From NCBI GenBank assembly GCA_026710905.1, contig JAPOQD010000059.1, forward strand, positions 2,021 to 66,020: a stretch of 64,000 bases of DNA, written 5' to 3'. The notes under the pieces were generated by a model, which saw only the letters and a list, made by a program, of their open reading frames with translations, did not search any database and had not been told where the DNA came from. Below are positions 18,496 to 28,316 of the stretch, piece by piece (positions within the stretch are counted from its first letter, which is position 1; every line of letters starts with the position of its first letter). Source of the stretch: Halieaceae bacterium (GTDB taxonomy: Bacteria; Pseudomonadota; Gammaproteobacteria; Pseudomonadales; Halieaceae). The position numbers and the translations under genes were made by a program.

Positions 18496-18840
18496 ATGTC
18501 AGAACGCAACGGAGCAGTATTGCCCGAACAATTTTCCGAGCTGAATCCCTTTGTTGCCCGCTGGAACAACCGGGGAATGCAAAATCAGTACGCGGCCCGC
18601 GTCAGTAGCACCATGGACGAGATGCAGGAATTCTATGATGCGATCAAGCCGCATATCCCGGAGATCAAGCAGTACCTGGACAGCAAAGACTTCGCCGAAT
18701 ACAGCGAGGCAGACCGAACTCTTGGCAGCCTGGTGTTTGCCTGGGTGCCGGTCGCAGAGTCGGTCGAGGTGTTCAAGCAACCGAAAGTACCCGATTCCAA
18801 AATGTACTGGGACATTGTCGACGAGCCGCAGTGTTTTTGA
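18496..18840 (+). CDS. small conserved protein of unknown function (Rieske-associated, copy 2)
   Basis: 114 aa. GGAGG SD. Paralog of 5850-6179 and again directly 5' of a Rieske alpha subunit. Confidence 0.6.
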   Translation: MSERNGAVLPEQFSELNPFVARWNNRGMQNQYAARVSSTMDEMQEFYDAIKPHIPEIKQYLDSKDFAEYSEADRTLGSLVFAWVPVAESVEVFKQPKVPDSKMYWDIVDEPQCF

Positions 18841-18899
18841 TTCTGTCCCGATTGGAACCCATGCAAACAGTTAACGCGATTAACGGTGAGGAACAATAG

Positions 18900-20177
18900 A
18901 TGAGCGACCAACCTATTTTCAAGAGCGGCCGTCCGGATGAGGGCTGGACCGCGATGTACGGATTGACTGATGAACTGGTCAGCTACGAGGACATGATTTC
19001 ACCCGAGTTCTTCGAGCTTGAACGCGAGGCGATTTTTCGGCCTGCCTGGCATTACGTCGGTCGTGTCGACCGCGTACCAAAACCGGGGATGTATTTCACG
19101 AAGGAGATCGAGGTTCTCAAGGCGTCGATCCTCGTGGCCCGTGATGATGCACAAGATGTTCGCGTATATCACAATGTGTGCCCGCACCGTGGCAACAAGC
19201 TGATGTGGGAAGCGGATGCATCGAAGGAGGTTTCGGGGCGGTGCAAAACCTTCCACTGCAAGTTTCACGGTATCCAGTACGATACCGGCGGCAAGGTTGC
19301 GCTGCTGACGGAAAAAGAGGCCTGGCTGGGAAACCAGGGCAAGGAACTGGCGCTGGCCGAGGTACCATTTGAGGTGTGGAACGGTTTTATCTTTGTCAAC
19401 CTGAACCCGGGCGGCCCGAAGGAGAGCCTGCGCGAATTCCTGGGGGAGAAGTATTATTCCGGGTTTGACGGCTACCCGTTCGAAACGTGCTCGGAGCGCT
19501 ATTTCTTCCGCGCCAACGCCAAGGCCAACTGGAAGACAATGATCGACGGATTTTCCGAGACCTACCATGCCGCCACTACTCACGCGCTGCCATTCGCAAC
19601 CCAACCTTCGGAGAATTTGTTGATGGGTGCCGAACATTTCGGGATTGAGGGGCGTCAGCGCATGATGATCTACCAGGATTGGGGGGAGATCATTAATTTC
19701 GATTACGAAGGGCTGACCCGGGGGTTCGGCACGGGGCCGCGTATCGAGTTTCCGAAGGAACTGAAGAACCTGCCGCTGATATCGAACCCCACCCAGATCG
19801 ATAACTGGGGCAGCGTATCCCATAAGATCTGGCCGCAGATGTTTCTGCAGCACTATAACCCCGGTTGGTATCTCACCTACATGATGTGGCCACTGGCCTA
19901 CAATGAGATGCGTTTCGAGGTTGAAATATTCATGCCCGAACCCCGCAATTTCAGCGATGCCCTGGCACAAAAGGCGAGTCTGTTCATGTTCCTGGACGCA
20001 GCTCTACAGGATTTCAGCCTGCTCGAGGCGACGCAGATGGGGCTGGAGACCCGCGCATTCAATCAGTACCCGCTGACCGACCAGGAGATTCTGGTGCGCG
20101 CCTTTCACAAGGAAGTCTACCAGGTGGTGGAAGACTACAAGCGCGAGCGCGGGGCGGAGATCATTGGCCGCTCTTGA
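18900..20177 (+). CDS. Rieske [2Fe-2S] non-heme-iron oxygenase, alpha subunit (copy 2)
   Basis: 425 aa. CPHRGNKL...HCKFHG and NWKTMIDGFSETYHAATTH. Paralog of 6197-7486. Confidence 0.9.
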   Translation: MSDQPIFKSGRPDEGWTAMYGLTDELVSYEDMISPEFFELEREAIFRPAWHYVGRVDRVPKPGMYFTKEIEVLKASILVARDDAQDVRVYHNVCPHRGNKLMWEADASKEVSGRCKTFHCKFHGIQYDTGGKVALLTEKEAWLGNQGKELALAEVPFEVWNGFIFVNLNPGGPKESLREFLGEKYYSGFDGYPFETCSERYFFRANAKANWKTMIDGFSETYHAATTHALPFATQPSENLLMGAEHFGIEGRQRMMIYQDWGEIINFDYEGLTRGFGTGPRIEFPKELKNLPLISNPTQIDNWGSVSHKIWPQMFLQHYNPGWYLTYMMWPLAYNEMRFEVEIFMPEPRNFSDALAQKASLFMFLDAALQDFSLLEATQMGLETRAFNQYPLTDQEILVRAFHKEVYQVVEDYKRERGAEIIGRS

Positions 20178-20183
20178 GGCTCT

Positions 20184-21899
20184 ATGGAAACACTGCAGGA
20201 TGTGGTCGCCGGTGCTGATGCGACGATTTTGCACCGGTTCTGCCGGCTGGCTTCCAGCGCCGGGCATCGTCCTTGCATCTACTACGGTGAAGATGACAGC
20301 TCGATAGATTACTCAGGGTTCGACCGATTGACCAATGGGCTTGCCAATGCTCTGAGGGCACAGGGTATAAGCCGTGGCGATCGGATTTCCGTGTTTACTT
20401 CGAGTGCCCTGATGTCGGCAATCGCCATGTTTGGTATATGGAAGGCCGGTGCGGTCTACTGTCCAGTCAATGCCAGGCTGAAGGGCGATATTCTCGGGTG
20501 CATCCTTGCCGATACCGACCCGGCGCTATTACTTACCGACCGGGTATTGCAGCCGGAATTGACAAGGTCTGTGCCCGGGTTCTCCGCACAATCCATCGCC
20601 CGGATTGTTAGTTCCCGGCTAGCCGGAGACCTTGAACCTGGTCCGGCGCCTGCTGGTCATCCGCCCACAGGCGATGACCTGGACTTCGTGTCGCTGCCGT
20701 TATGCAATGATGAGCCTGTTGAACTGTGTGCGGCAGCTGCGGATCTGGCCAGTATCATCTATACCTCGGGAACCACCGGTGACCCGAAAGGGGTAATGCA
20801 GACTCATGGCTGGCTGAAAGGCCTTTGCAGTTCCCTGGGTGTGTGGACCCACTACCATGACGTGGTGTATTGCGACCTGCCAATGCACCACATCGGCGGG
20901 GCGCTTTCGATGTTTTGTCGTGGGATATGGAGTGGCGCCTCAATTGCCCTGTGGGATCGCTTCAGTCCCAAGGAGTTCTGGGAGCGCATTCGAGTCAGTG
21001 GCGCCAGTATCGTGCTGTTGATCGACGTGATGGTCAGTTGGATTTTGACACAACCCGAATCGGGAGAGGATCGGAATAACAGCCTGGCAAAGGTGCATAT
21101 GCAGCCCCTGCCGATCAATCATCGTGAGATTGCACGGCGATTTGGTTTCGATTTCGTGATCGTGGGTTACGGCTCGTCGGAACTCGGCAACGCGTTTACC
21201 GGTTTCGTTGACGAATTCCCCGATTCCCAGGCCACCCCGGAGGACTTGTGGCGCGGTTATTCCAAACCAGAGTTGATAGCGCGCTTGCAGGCGGTATTTG
21301 GAGAACATGTCTACGCGCGAGCGCCCGGCGAGGTACCCGCTGGCTACATGGGTGTGCCCACCGGCAGTTACCACCCGTCAGTACGGGATGAACAGGATGA
21401 GGAAGTGCCCTTCGGTGTGGATGGCCAACTGGCCCTGGAGCCCCTCGAGCATGAGCAATTTTTTTCCGGATACCTCAACAAGCCTGAAAAGACGGCGCAG
21501 GCTGTCAGAAACGGGCGCTTCTACAGCGCCGATATCGTGGTGAGGGATGCAAACGGCCTCTTTTGCTTCCGAGACAGGCAGGAAGGTTTTATTCGCGTAC
21601 GCGGGGAGAATGTGTCAGCGGCCAGCATCGAAGCGGACTTGAGCAGGAATCCCCAGGTGGCTCAATGTGCGGTTTTTTCTGTACCCGCACGGGAAGGCAA
21701 TGAAGATGATATCGCTGCTTTTGTCGTCGCCGGAGCGGGTGTTTCACTGGGTTCGAAGGAATTTGAACGATGGATTCAAGAACACCTTCCCAAATTCATG
21801 TGGCCTCGCCATGTTCGCTTTGTTGAGGAAATCCCAGTGACTCCCACCATGAAGGTGGAGAAGTACAAACTGCGCGAGGAACTACTGCGAGAGCTGTGA
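20184..21899 (+). CDS. AMP-dependent synthetase/ligase (acyl-CoA synthetase)
   Basis: 571 aa. AMP-binding motif IIYTSGTTGDPKGV. The C-terminal PVTPTMKVEKYKLR is typical of the ANL family. Confidence 0.9.
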   Translation: METLQDVVAGADATILHRFCRLASSAGHRPCIYYGEDDSSIDYSGFDRLTNGLANALRAQGISRGDRISVFTSSALMSAIAMFGIWKAGAVYCPVNARLKGDILGCILADTDPALLLTDRVLQPELTRSVPGFSAQSIARIVSSRLAGDLEPGPAPAGHPPTGDDLDFVSLPLCNDEPVELCAAAADLASIIYTSGTTGDPKGVMQTHGWLKGLCSSLGVWTHYHDVVYCDLPMHHIGGALSMFCRGIWSGASIALWDRFSPKEFWERIRVSGASIVLLIDVMVSWILTQPESGEDRNNSLAKVHMQPLPINHREIARRFGFDFVIVGYGSSELGNAFTGFVDEFPDSQATPEDLWRGYSKPELIARLQAVFGEHVYARAPGEVPAGYMGVPTGSYHPSVRDEQDEEVPFGVDGQLALEPLEHEQFFSGYLNKPEKTAQAVRNGRFYSADIVVRDANGLFCFRDRQEGFIRVRGENVSAASIEADLSRNPQVAQCAVFSVPAREGNEDDIAAFVVAGAGVSLGSKEFERWIQEHLPKFMWPRHVRFVEEIPVTPTMKVEKYKLREELLREL

Positions 21900-22032
21900 A
21901 AAGCGTTTTCCACATCAGACGCCTTAGCCAGGCCGATCTGGAGCAGGTGGATTCATCACTGGTTGCGGGCCGGATGCTGGACGCGTATTGGGTATCACCC
22001 CGGCGCAGCGCGACGCCATCTACAAGAATCTT

Positions 22033-23058
22033 TTAGTTGTTTCGATGCGAGAGGGTGTCTCTCACCCTGGGTAATACCCTCTGTGCCAGCAGTTCGATTC
22101 GCCGGGAGCCGGAATCGGTTGATTCACCGGGAAATTGTGCCCAGAAGTGCATATCACGGATCTGCGGAAACGCTTCGAACTGGGCCAGGATGTTCTCAAC
22201 CGCCTGATCTGGAGTCCAGAATTGGTAGAATCCCTGCGTTACCGCATCTTCCGGGGTCTGGAACCGCGGTGCCCCGTCTCCACCGCCAAAGGCGCCCATC
22301 TCCAGGTAACCGTTCATCTGGTGAAGCAGGTGAGGACCCAGCATGTGCGCCTCCTGTTCGGGATCCTCCGAGACAATCCCCCAGCTTCCAGCGTAGATGC
22401 TGGCACTGTCCCGGGTCCTGCCCTGGGCTGCTACCGCGTCAATATAGTCTTCCTGCCCTACCCCCCCGGACGAGAGGAAACCGTCGCTGATGCGTGCCGC
22501 CCGCGCGGTGGCAGGTGGTGAAATAGCGCCCATGAGTACCTTGATGGCCTGCTCGGGCGCAGGCAGCACCGGGATATTGTCGACCTGGAATCGCTTGCCC
22601 TGGAAATTGACCGGTTCCCCTGTCCAGGCCTGGCGGATAATGGCCACAGCCTCTTCCATCAGGCTGGGTCGATGCTTGAGCGATCGACCAAAGGCGCGGT
22701 ACTCCGCTTCCACGTAGCCGGCCCCGACACCGAGATCGAAACGCCCACCGGTGAGCAGGGAGAGGGCGGCCACGTCCTCGGCCAACCGTATCGGGTGATA
22801 AAGGGGCAACAGGATCAGGTTGGTACCTATACGCATGGTCCGGGTGCCGGCGCCGATCGCGCTGGCAATAACCAGCGGCGAGGGGCAGTAGCCGTCGTCG
22901 CTGAAGTGATGCTCGGTGAGCCATACCGAATCGATACCCAGTTGCTCTGCCCAGCTGATCTGCTCCAGCGAGGACCGGTACAAGGACTCGAACGGTCGCG
23001 CCCAGGGCGCAGGATTGCGGAAATCGTACCAGATGCCGAAATTGACCTGTGCGGACAC
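22033..23058 (-). CDS. LLM-class (luciferase-like) flavin-dependent oxidoreductase
   Basis: 341 aa. LGIDSVWLTEHHFSDDGYCPSPLVIASAIGAGTRTMRIGTNLILLPLYHPIRLAEDVA...GRFDLGVGAGY. Confidence 0.88.
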   Translation of the reverse strand: MSAQVNFGIWYDFRNPAPWARPFESLYRSSLEQISWAEQLGIDSVWLTEHHFSDDGYCPSPLVIASAIGAGTRTMRIGTNLILLPLYHPIRLAEDVAALSLLTGGRFDLGVGAGYVEAEYRAFGRSLKHRPSLMEEAVAIIRQAWTGEPVNFQGKRFQVDNIPVLPAPEQAIKVLMGAISPPATARAARISDGFLSSGGVGQEDYIDAVAAQGRTRDSASIYAGSWGIVSEDPEQEAHMLGPHLLHQMNGYLEMGAFGGGDGAPRFQTPEDAVTQGFYQFWTPDQAVENILAQFEAFPQIRDMHFWAQFPGESTDSGSRRIELLAQRVLPRVRDTLSHRNN

Positions 23059-23104
23059 GTGCTTTACCCCCCCTGAAAACCATTGTTCTTGGGTGATGAT
23101 GCGG

Positions 23105-23133
23105 TTGACATGAGTTTAAAACACATATATCGT
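23105..23133 (+). promoter_or_regulatory. sigma70-like promoter candidate for P450 copy 2
   Basis: TTGACA (23105-23110), a 17-nt spacer, then TATCGT (23128-23133). The predicted transcription start falls on the operator at 23139. Confidence 0.4.
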
Positions 23134-23138
23134 AAAAA

Positions 23139-23152
23139 TCAACGCATGTCTA
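23139..23152 (-). promoter_or_regulatory. candidate TetR-type operator, plus-strand TCAACGCATGTCTA
   Basis: In the divergent region between the LLM oxidoreductase (start 23058) and the P450 (23178). Confidence 0.55.
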
Positions 23153-23177
23153 CTTATGATTTTATGAGGGGGATTTC

Positions 23178-24401
23178 ATGACTATCGCCAGTAGCTTCCG
23201 GCCGGTGGGCGCGCCTTACGACGACGTGTACTCGGTACTCCGCAAATCCCGCGAGGAGGAACCGGTATTCTATTCCGAGGAGCTGCAGAGCTGGGTGGTC
23301 ACCCGCTACGACGATATCATGGACATGCTCAATGATCCGACCTTCACCAATGAGGGAACCCTGAGTGGCTTCAACTACGAACCGGAAACCGAAGCCATAC
23401 TCTCCAGCGGCATCAACTGGAACCAGACGGCGCACATCAATGGTGTGGAGGGCGCGGAGCACAGCCGATTCAAAAAGATTCTCCTGCCCATCCTGTCACC
23501 CAAGCGGCAGCGCGGATTGGAACCGATGGTGCGTGAAATTGCCGTTGACCTGATTGAGGGCTTCAGGGATAAGGGTAGCTGTGAATTCATCAACGAGTTT
23601 GCCTACCTGCTGCCGATCCTGACCATGTTCCGCTTCATCGGGTTCAACGAGCAGGAAGATGACCTGGAACAACTGGCGAAGTGGAGCGGTAGCACCTTCA
23701 AAATGTGGCTGACCCCTATGGATGCGGAGGAACAGAAGGAGTGTGCACAGCAGGCGGTGAATTACCAGCGCTACATCCGCGACAAACTTGATGATCGCCG
23801 TCGCAATCCCCGGGACGACCTGATGACCGAAATGGTCACGGCCATGGACCGCGGCGAAATCGACCTCAGTGAAGATGAACTGGTACTCATGTATATCTTT
23901 ACCTTTATTGGCGCGGGCCACGAGACGACGATGGCTCAACTGGGGAATGCCCTGTACCAGTTGCTGAAGGAGCCGGAGCGCTGGCAGTTTCTGTTGGAGA
24001 ACCTGGACAATGTCGATGATGTGGTAGAGGAGAGCATCCGCTACGATGGTTCAGTCCTGTGCTGGTACCGTCGCGTCGCTGAAGATACCGAGTTCAAGGG
24101 CTTTCAGCTGAAACAGGGGCAATTCGTGGTTATGGCATTCGGCTCCGGTAACCACGATGAGTGCCGGTTCGAGGATGCGGAATCCTATTGTCCCGTGAGA
24201 GCCAATCGGGAACGGCCCTTGACCTTCAGCCGCGGGCGTCATTTCTGCCTCGGCGCACCCCTGGCCAGGCTCGAAGTGCAGGTCGCCCTGCAGGAACTGG
24301 CTCAGCGCCTGCCCGGGATTCGCCTGACCCCCGGGCAACAGATCAGCATGGCGCCGTCTGTGGCCACCCGGGCGATCGAGCGCCTGGAAGTGGAGTGGTA
24401 A
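23178..24401 (+). CDS. cytochrome P450
   Basis: 407 aa. FSRGRHFCLGAPLA heme loop, I-helix GAGHETT and ESIR (ExxR) motif. Confidence 0.92.
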   Translation: MTIASSFRPVGAPYDDVYSVLRKSREEEPVFYSEELQSWVVTRYDDIMDMLNDPTFTNEGTLSGFNYEPETEAILSSGINWNQTAHINGVEGAEHSRFKKILLPILSPKRQRGLEPMVREIAVDLIEGFRDKGSCEFINEFAYLLPILTMFRFIGFNEQEDDLEQLAKWSGSTFKMWLTPMDAEEQKECAQQAVNYQRYIRDKLDDRRRNPRDDLMTEMVTAMDRGEIDLSEDELVLMYIFTFIGAGHETTMAQLGNALYQLLKEPERWQFLLENLDNVDDVVEESIRYDGSVLCWYRRVAEDTEFKGFQLKQGQFVVMAFGSGNHDECRFEDAESYCPVRANRERPLTFSRGRHFCLGAPLARLEVQVALQELAQRLPGIRLTPGQQISMAPSVATRAIERLEVEW

Positions 24402-24434
24402 AGCCGAAGTCACCGTGACACAAGAGCGATTTCC

Positions 24435-25568
24435 ATGACCGCAGATGTCCTGCAATCCCGTGAATTGCGCAGCCTGGTCAAGCCGGATCTGAGCCTGGAG
24501 TTGTCGCTGCACACGGTCTCAGTACCCGAACCGGGCGCGGATGAAGTGCTCGTGCGTATCGAGGGTGCGCCGATCAACCCGACCGATCTGGCCCTGCTGT
24601 TCGGCCCGGCGGACCTGTCATCGGCGATTTGTACCGGAACAGACAGTGAGCCGGTTGTGACGGCAGCCGTCCCTGAAAAGCTGAAGGGAGTGGTGCAGGC
24701 GCGAATCGGCGAGTCCCTGCCCGCCGGGTTTGAAGGGGCCGGCGTTGTGGTTGGGGCGGGTTCCTCCGCGGCGGCCCAAGACCTCCTTGGCAGAACTGTT
24801 GCCATGACCGGCGACGGGATGTTCAGCCAGTACCGTTGTGTACCCTGTCGGGCTGTCATGGTGATGGAGGAGGGAGTGACTCCGCGGGAAGCGGCCTCCA
24901 GTTTCGTCAACCCGATGACGGCGCTGAGCATGGTGGAGACCATGCGCATGGATGGGCACAGCGCCCTGGTGCATACTGCGGCGGCGTCCAACCTGGGTCA
25001 GATGCTGAACCGGATCTGCCTCAACGAGGGAATAGGGCTGGTGAATGTCGTCAGAAGCAGTGAGCAGGAAGCATTGCTGCGCGGCATGGGGGCCGAGCAC
25101 GTCGTGAACTCGACCGCAGACGATTTCAGGAAGCAGTTAACCGATACGATCGCCGCTACCGGCGCCACAGTAGCCTTCGATGCCACAGGCGGTGGGCGTC
25201 TCGGCAATACCATACTCAGTTGCATGGAGCGGGCGGCGGCGCGAGGGCAGCAGTTCAGCCGTTATGGTTCAGAGACGTTCAAGCAGTTATATGTCTACGG
25301 GCGGTTGGACCTGACCCCGATGCAGCTCACGGCCGCCTACGGGTTTGCCTGGGGTGTCAATGGCTGGCTGCTGTCCCATTTCATGGCGCGGGCCGGCGAT
25401 GAGTTGATTACGTCACTCAAGCAGAAAATCGGCCGTGAGATCCGCACCACCTTTGCCAGTCACTACGCGGGTGAGTTGTCACTGCAGGAGGCCTTGTCTC
25501 CCGAGCGTATTGCCGTGTACAGCCGGCGCGCTACCGGTAAGAAATACCTCATCAATCCGAACCGCTGA
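24435..25568 (+). CDS. medium-chain dehydrogenase/reductase, quinone-oxidoreductase-like
   Basis: 377 aa. GroES-like N-domain (VLVRIEGAPINPTD) and a Rossmann segment (ALVHTAAASNLG). No obvious zinc-ligand set. Confidence 0.78.
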   Translation: MTADVLQSRELRSLVKPDLSLELSLHTVSVPEPGADEVLVRIEGAPINPTDLALLFGPADLSSAICTGTDSEPVVTAAVPEKLKGVVQARIGESLPAGFEGAGVVVGAGSSAAAQDLLGRTVAMTGDGMFSQYRCVPCRAVMVMEEGVTPREAASSFVNPMTALSMVETMRMDGHSALVHTAAASNLGQMLNRICLNEGIGLVNVVRSSEQEALLRGMGAEHVVNSTADDFRKQLTDTIAATGATVAFDATGGGRLGNTILSCMERAAARGQQFSRYGSETFKQLYVYGRLDLTPMQLTAAYGFAWGVNGWLLSHFMARAGDELITSLKQKIGREIRTTFASHYAGELSLQEALSPERIAVYSRRATGKKYLINPNR

Positions 25569-25716
25569 TTACCGCGGCACTTTCTCTATTACTGGGCTAC
25601 TTGCTCAACTACTTCGTTCCCCGCCCATAGTCTTGGTTGCAAGCGGGCATTGGTGTGGTTCAAACACCACATTGCGGAGTATGGTGGGGGTCCCGATTTT
25701 ATCGTCGCTACGGGGG

Positions 25717-27408
25717 CTAGGGGGCCGCGACCCGCTGTGCCTGGTTCAACGCGGCGCGTGCCGCCCGGCGACCGGAAAACACAGTGTCGGCGATCGACAG
25801 GCCGCTGAAATTGGCGCCTGAGCAGATGCCCACGGCGGTCCGCCCCGCCGCGTAGAGCCCGTCGATGACCGACCCATCGGCCCGGGTAACGGCACCGGTA
25901 TCCTCTTCCACGGTCAGGCCACCGTAGGGCATGGAACCGGAAAAGCCGTACTTGTTCAGCAGCGACAGGTTGAACGCGTAGTAGGGGGGCCGGACCATGG
26001 GTGCAAGGTTGCTGGCTTGCTTGCCGAACTCCTGGTCATTGCCGGCGCTTGCCTGTGCGTTGTAATGGTTGATGGTATTGCACAATTGCCCTGCATTGAT
26101 GCCCAGCTTTCCGGCCAGCGCGGTCAGCGTTCGGCCGCGTCGGGTGCCACCGAACAGCAGGTTCATCAGGGCGGGCATGCCCCACCATGAAATAGCATTG
26201 CTCAGTGGCCAGACCATTTGTCGAAAGCCGCGCCAGAAGGTACTGCTATCCAGAATGACCCAGGCGTTGCCGCCCTCCTGGGCGAGTACCTTAAGTCCCA
26301 CGTGACCCAGGTAGGCATCCTCGTTAATCAGTCGTTTACCCTTGCTGTTGACGAGTACGCCCTTGACAAATTCTTCGGGTGGTGAAATGGCCTTGGTGAT
26401 AAATACACTGTCCATGTAGCCCAGGCCCCCTCCTGCACTGGTGCCCAGCTCGATGCCGCTGCCATCGCAGCCCATGGCGCCGCCGCGGACCAGCACTCTG
26501 GCGGCGGCGGTGATATCCGGACGATAGCGTCCATAGAAATCCAGATTGTAGTTGTATCCACCCGAGGCCAGGATCACACCCTTGCGGGCACGGATCCGCA
26601 ACAACTCCTGCGGCACGGAGGCTTCAAACTCGGCAGTATCGGCAATGTAGCCTTCAGCCTTGGCGCTGTTAAACGGTTTCATGGGGTCGACGCGCTTGTA
26701 CAGGGCGTCGTGTTGGCCGTGGCTGGACTCAGGTAGTTTTTGTACCTCGATGCCGACAACCCGACCCTGTTTATCGGTAAGCAGTCTTCTTGCGGGCGCG
26801 TGGGGTATCACTGTGACGCCTTTTTGGAGGGCGGACTGCTTGAGGGCGGCAAAGTAGTTTTTCCCACTCGGTCCTTTGCCGACGGTGCGGTGACCGCGGG
26901 GGGCCGGCCTGGCAACGTCGGGATGGAATTTTTCCATACCCGTGTAGTAAAGATGGTAACCATCGGGAGGATAGGCGATTCGCGCCGGGTAGTGGCTGGA
27001 ATCGAATTGCACACCGTGGCTCATCAACCAGTCGATGTTTTCGCCGCTGGTTTCGCAGAAGTGGCGCAATGTCGCCTCTTTGACCGGGCTGCCCTCGTAG
27101 GCAATGTACTTGAACATTTCCTCGGCGGTATCGTCGAAACCGGCCTCGGCTTGAATTCGTGTGCCACCGGCATAGATGACGCCGCCGCTGTTGGCGGTGG
27201 CCCCGCCGCCGGCAAAGCGATCCACGGCAATCACACTGGCGCCCATTTCCCGCGCCTGGAGCGCGGCGACGGCCCCGGCGCCGCCGAAACCCACGATAAT
27301 CAGGTCCGCCTCTTGATCCCAGTTCTCCGCTTCCGGTGTCTCAAGCGCCAGCGGCATCTGCACGTTGGCCGTAAACGCGGGAATCGACGGGCTTGTTGCT
27401 TCATTCAC
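25717..27408 (-). CDS. FAD-dependent oxidoreductase, 3-ketosteroid-delta1-dehydrogenase/fumarate-reductase-flavoprotein-like (copy 1)
   Basis: 563 aa. DLIIVGFGGAGAVAALQAREMGASVIAVDRFAGGGATANSGGVIYAGG. C-terminal GLYAAGRTAVG. Aligns end to end with 34097-35788. Confidence 0.85.
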   Translation of the reverse strand: MNEATSPSIPAFTANVQMPLALETPEAENWDQEADLIIVGFGGAGAVAALQAREMGASVIAVDRFAGGGATANSGGVIYAGGTRIQAEAGFDDTAEEMFKYIAYEGSPVKEATLRHFCETSGENIDWLMSHGVQFDSSHYPARIAYPPDGYHLYYTGMEKFHPDVARPAPRGHRTVGKGPSGKNYFAALKQSALQKGVTVIPHAPARRLLTDKQGRVVGIEVQKLPESSHGQHDALYKRVDPMKPFNSAKAEGYIADTAEFEASVPQELLRIRARKGVILASGGYNYNLDFYGRYRPDITAAARVLVRGGAMGCDGSGIELGTSAGGGLGYMDSVFITKAISPPEEFVKGVLVNSKGKRLINEDAYLGHVGLKVLAQEGGNAWVILDSSTFWRGFRQMVWPLSNAISWWGMPALMNLLFGGTRRGRTLTALAGKLGINAGQLCNTINHYNAQASAGNDQEFGKQASNLAPMVRPPYYAFNLSLLNKYGFSGSMPYGGLTVEEDTGAVTRADGSVIDGLYAAGRTAVGICSGANFSGLSIADTVFSGRRAARAALNQAQRVAAP

Positions 27409-27437
27409 GTTGGAGTTTCCTCTGTGGTCGAGCCGGC

Positions 27438-28181
27438 CTACCGGATTAACATACCGCCATCGGCGAGAATGGTGTGACCCACCACGAAGGCAGACAGGTC
27501 TGATGCCAGGAACAGGGCAATATTGGCGATGTCCTGGCTGGTCCCCAGGCGACCCAGGGGAATGCGCTCGATATTCGCTTCGGTTCGTCCCGGTTGTGAC
27601 AGTACCGGCCCGGTCATCTTGGTGAGGATAGGGCCTGGCGCGATGCCGTTGACCCGGATACCTTCCGCTGCCCAGGCCTCCCCCAGTGACTTGGTCAGGC
27701 TGGTGACGCCGGCCTTGGAAGCGGAGTAGGCGGGGATGCCCAGCGAGGGCTTGATGCCCCCCACCGAGTTGATCAGTACTACCTTGCCCCCGCTGGCCTT
27801 CAAAAACTCATAAAATTTCATACAGGTGGCCATGATACCGTTCAGGTTGACCTCCACCACCTCGCGGAAGTGGGCCGGGTCGTACTCCTTCTCCCAGGCA
27901 CAGGCGCCCTGGGACTGTACCAGGATGTCCAGGGTATCGCTCTGCACCCGGGCGTCGGCGATCGCTTGTAGATTCCCCAGGTCGACGCACTGGTAGTCCA
28001 GGCCCTCGAGATTCGATCCCTCCTCTGCCGCGTAATCCTCGCGGGAGGGCCGCGACCCCCAGACCTGTACCCGCGCCCCGGCATCCAGAAAACTGCGGGC
28101 AATGGCGTTACCGATACCGCTGGATCCGCCGGTGACAAGGACATTGCGGCCCGTGAAATCCAGCATCTTTTCCAAACTCAT
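27438..28181 (-). CDS. short-chain dehydrogenase/reductase (SDR)
   Basis: ORF track gives 27438-28247. I prefer M23 (28181; GAGGAG upstream; MSLEKMLDFTGRNVLVTGGSSGIG) because the 28247 start codon lies inside the operator at 28241-28254. The start is uncertain. Confidence 0.85.
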   Translation of the reverse strand: MSLEKMLDFTGRNVLVTGGSSGIGNAIARSFLDAGARVQVWGSRPSREDYAAEEGSNLEGLDYQCVDLGNLQAIADARVQSDTLDILVQSQGACAWEKEYDPAHFREVVEVNLNGIMATCMKFYEFLKASGGKVVLINSVGGIKPSLGIPAYSASKAGVTSLTKSLGEAWAAEGIRVNGIAPGPILTKMTGPVLSQPGRTEANIERIPLGRLGTSQDIANIALFLASDLSAFVVGHTILADGGMLIR

Positions 28182-28240
28182 GGCCGCAACATCGCTCCTC
28201 AGCAGGTCCCCGTGCTGCAACCGGTTCAGAATATCATAAA

Positions 28241-28254
28241 TAGACATCTGTTGA
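28241..28254 (+). promoter_or_regulatory. candidate TetR-type operator, TAGACATCTGTTGA
   Basis: Lies between the SDR/KstD-like operon (minus) and the BVMO (plus). The second half-site gives TTGACT as a -35 candidate. Confidence 0.6.
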
Positions 28255-28316
28255 CTATAAAGAATCGCGTTGTTAGTCTGGCTTTATGGGTATATCCATA
28301 CGGTAGGAGTAATCAA

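Noticed and set aside
22033-23058. Considered whether the luciferase-like (LLM) oxidoreductase could be the light-emitting or aldehyde-consuming partner of the LuxE/LuxC pairs.
   Set aside because: It is 8 kb away on the opposite strand in a different transcription unit, it is a single gene rather than a luxA/luxB pair, and the LLM family is very broad. Nothing in the sequence ties it to the LuxE-C block.
25569-25716. Small hairpin TGGTGT-GGTTCAA-ACACCA in the convergent gap between the MDR reductase and KstD-like genes, as a possible bidirectional terminator.
   Set aside because: The stem is only 6 bp with no flanking U/A tracts, so it is not strong enough to call.
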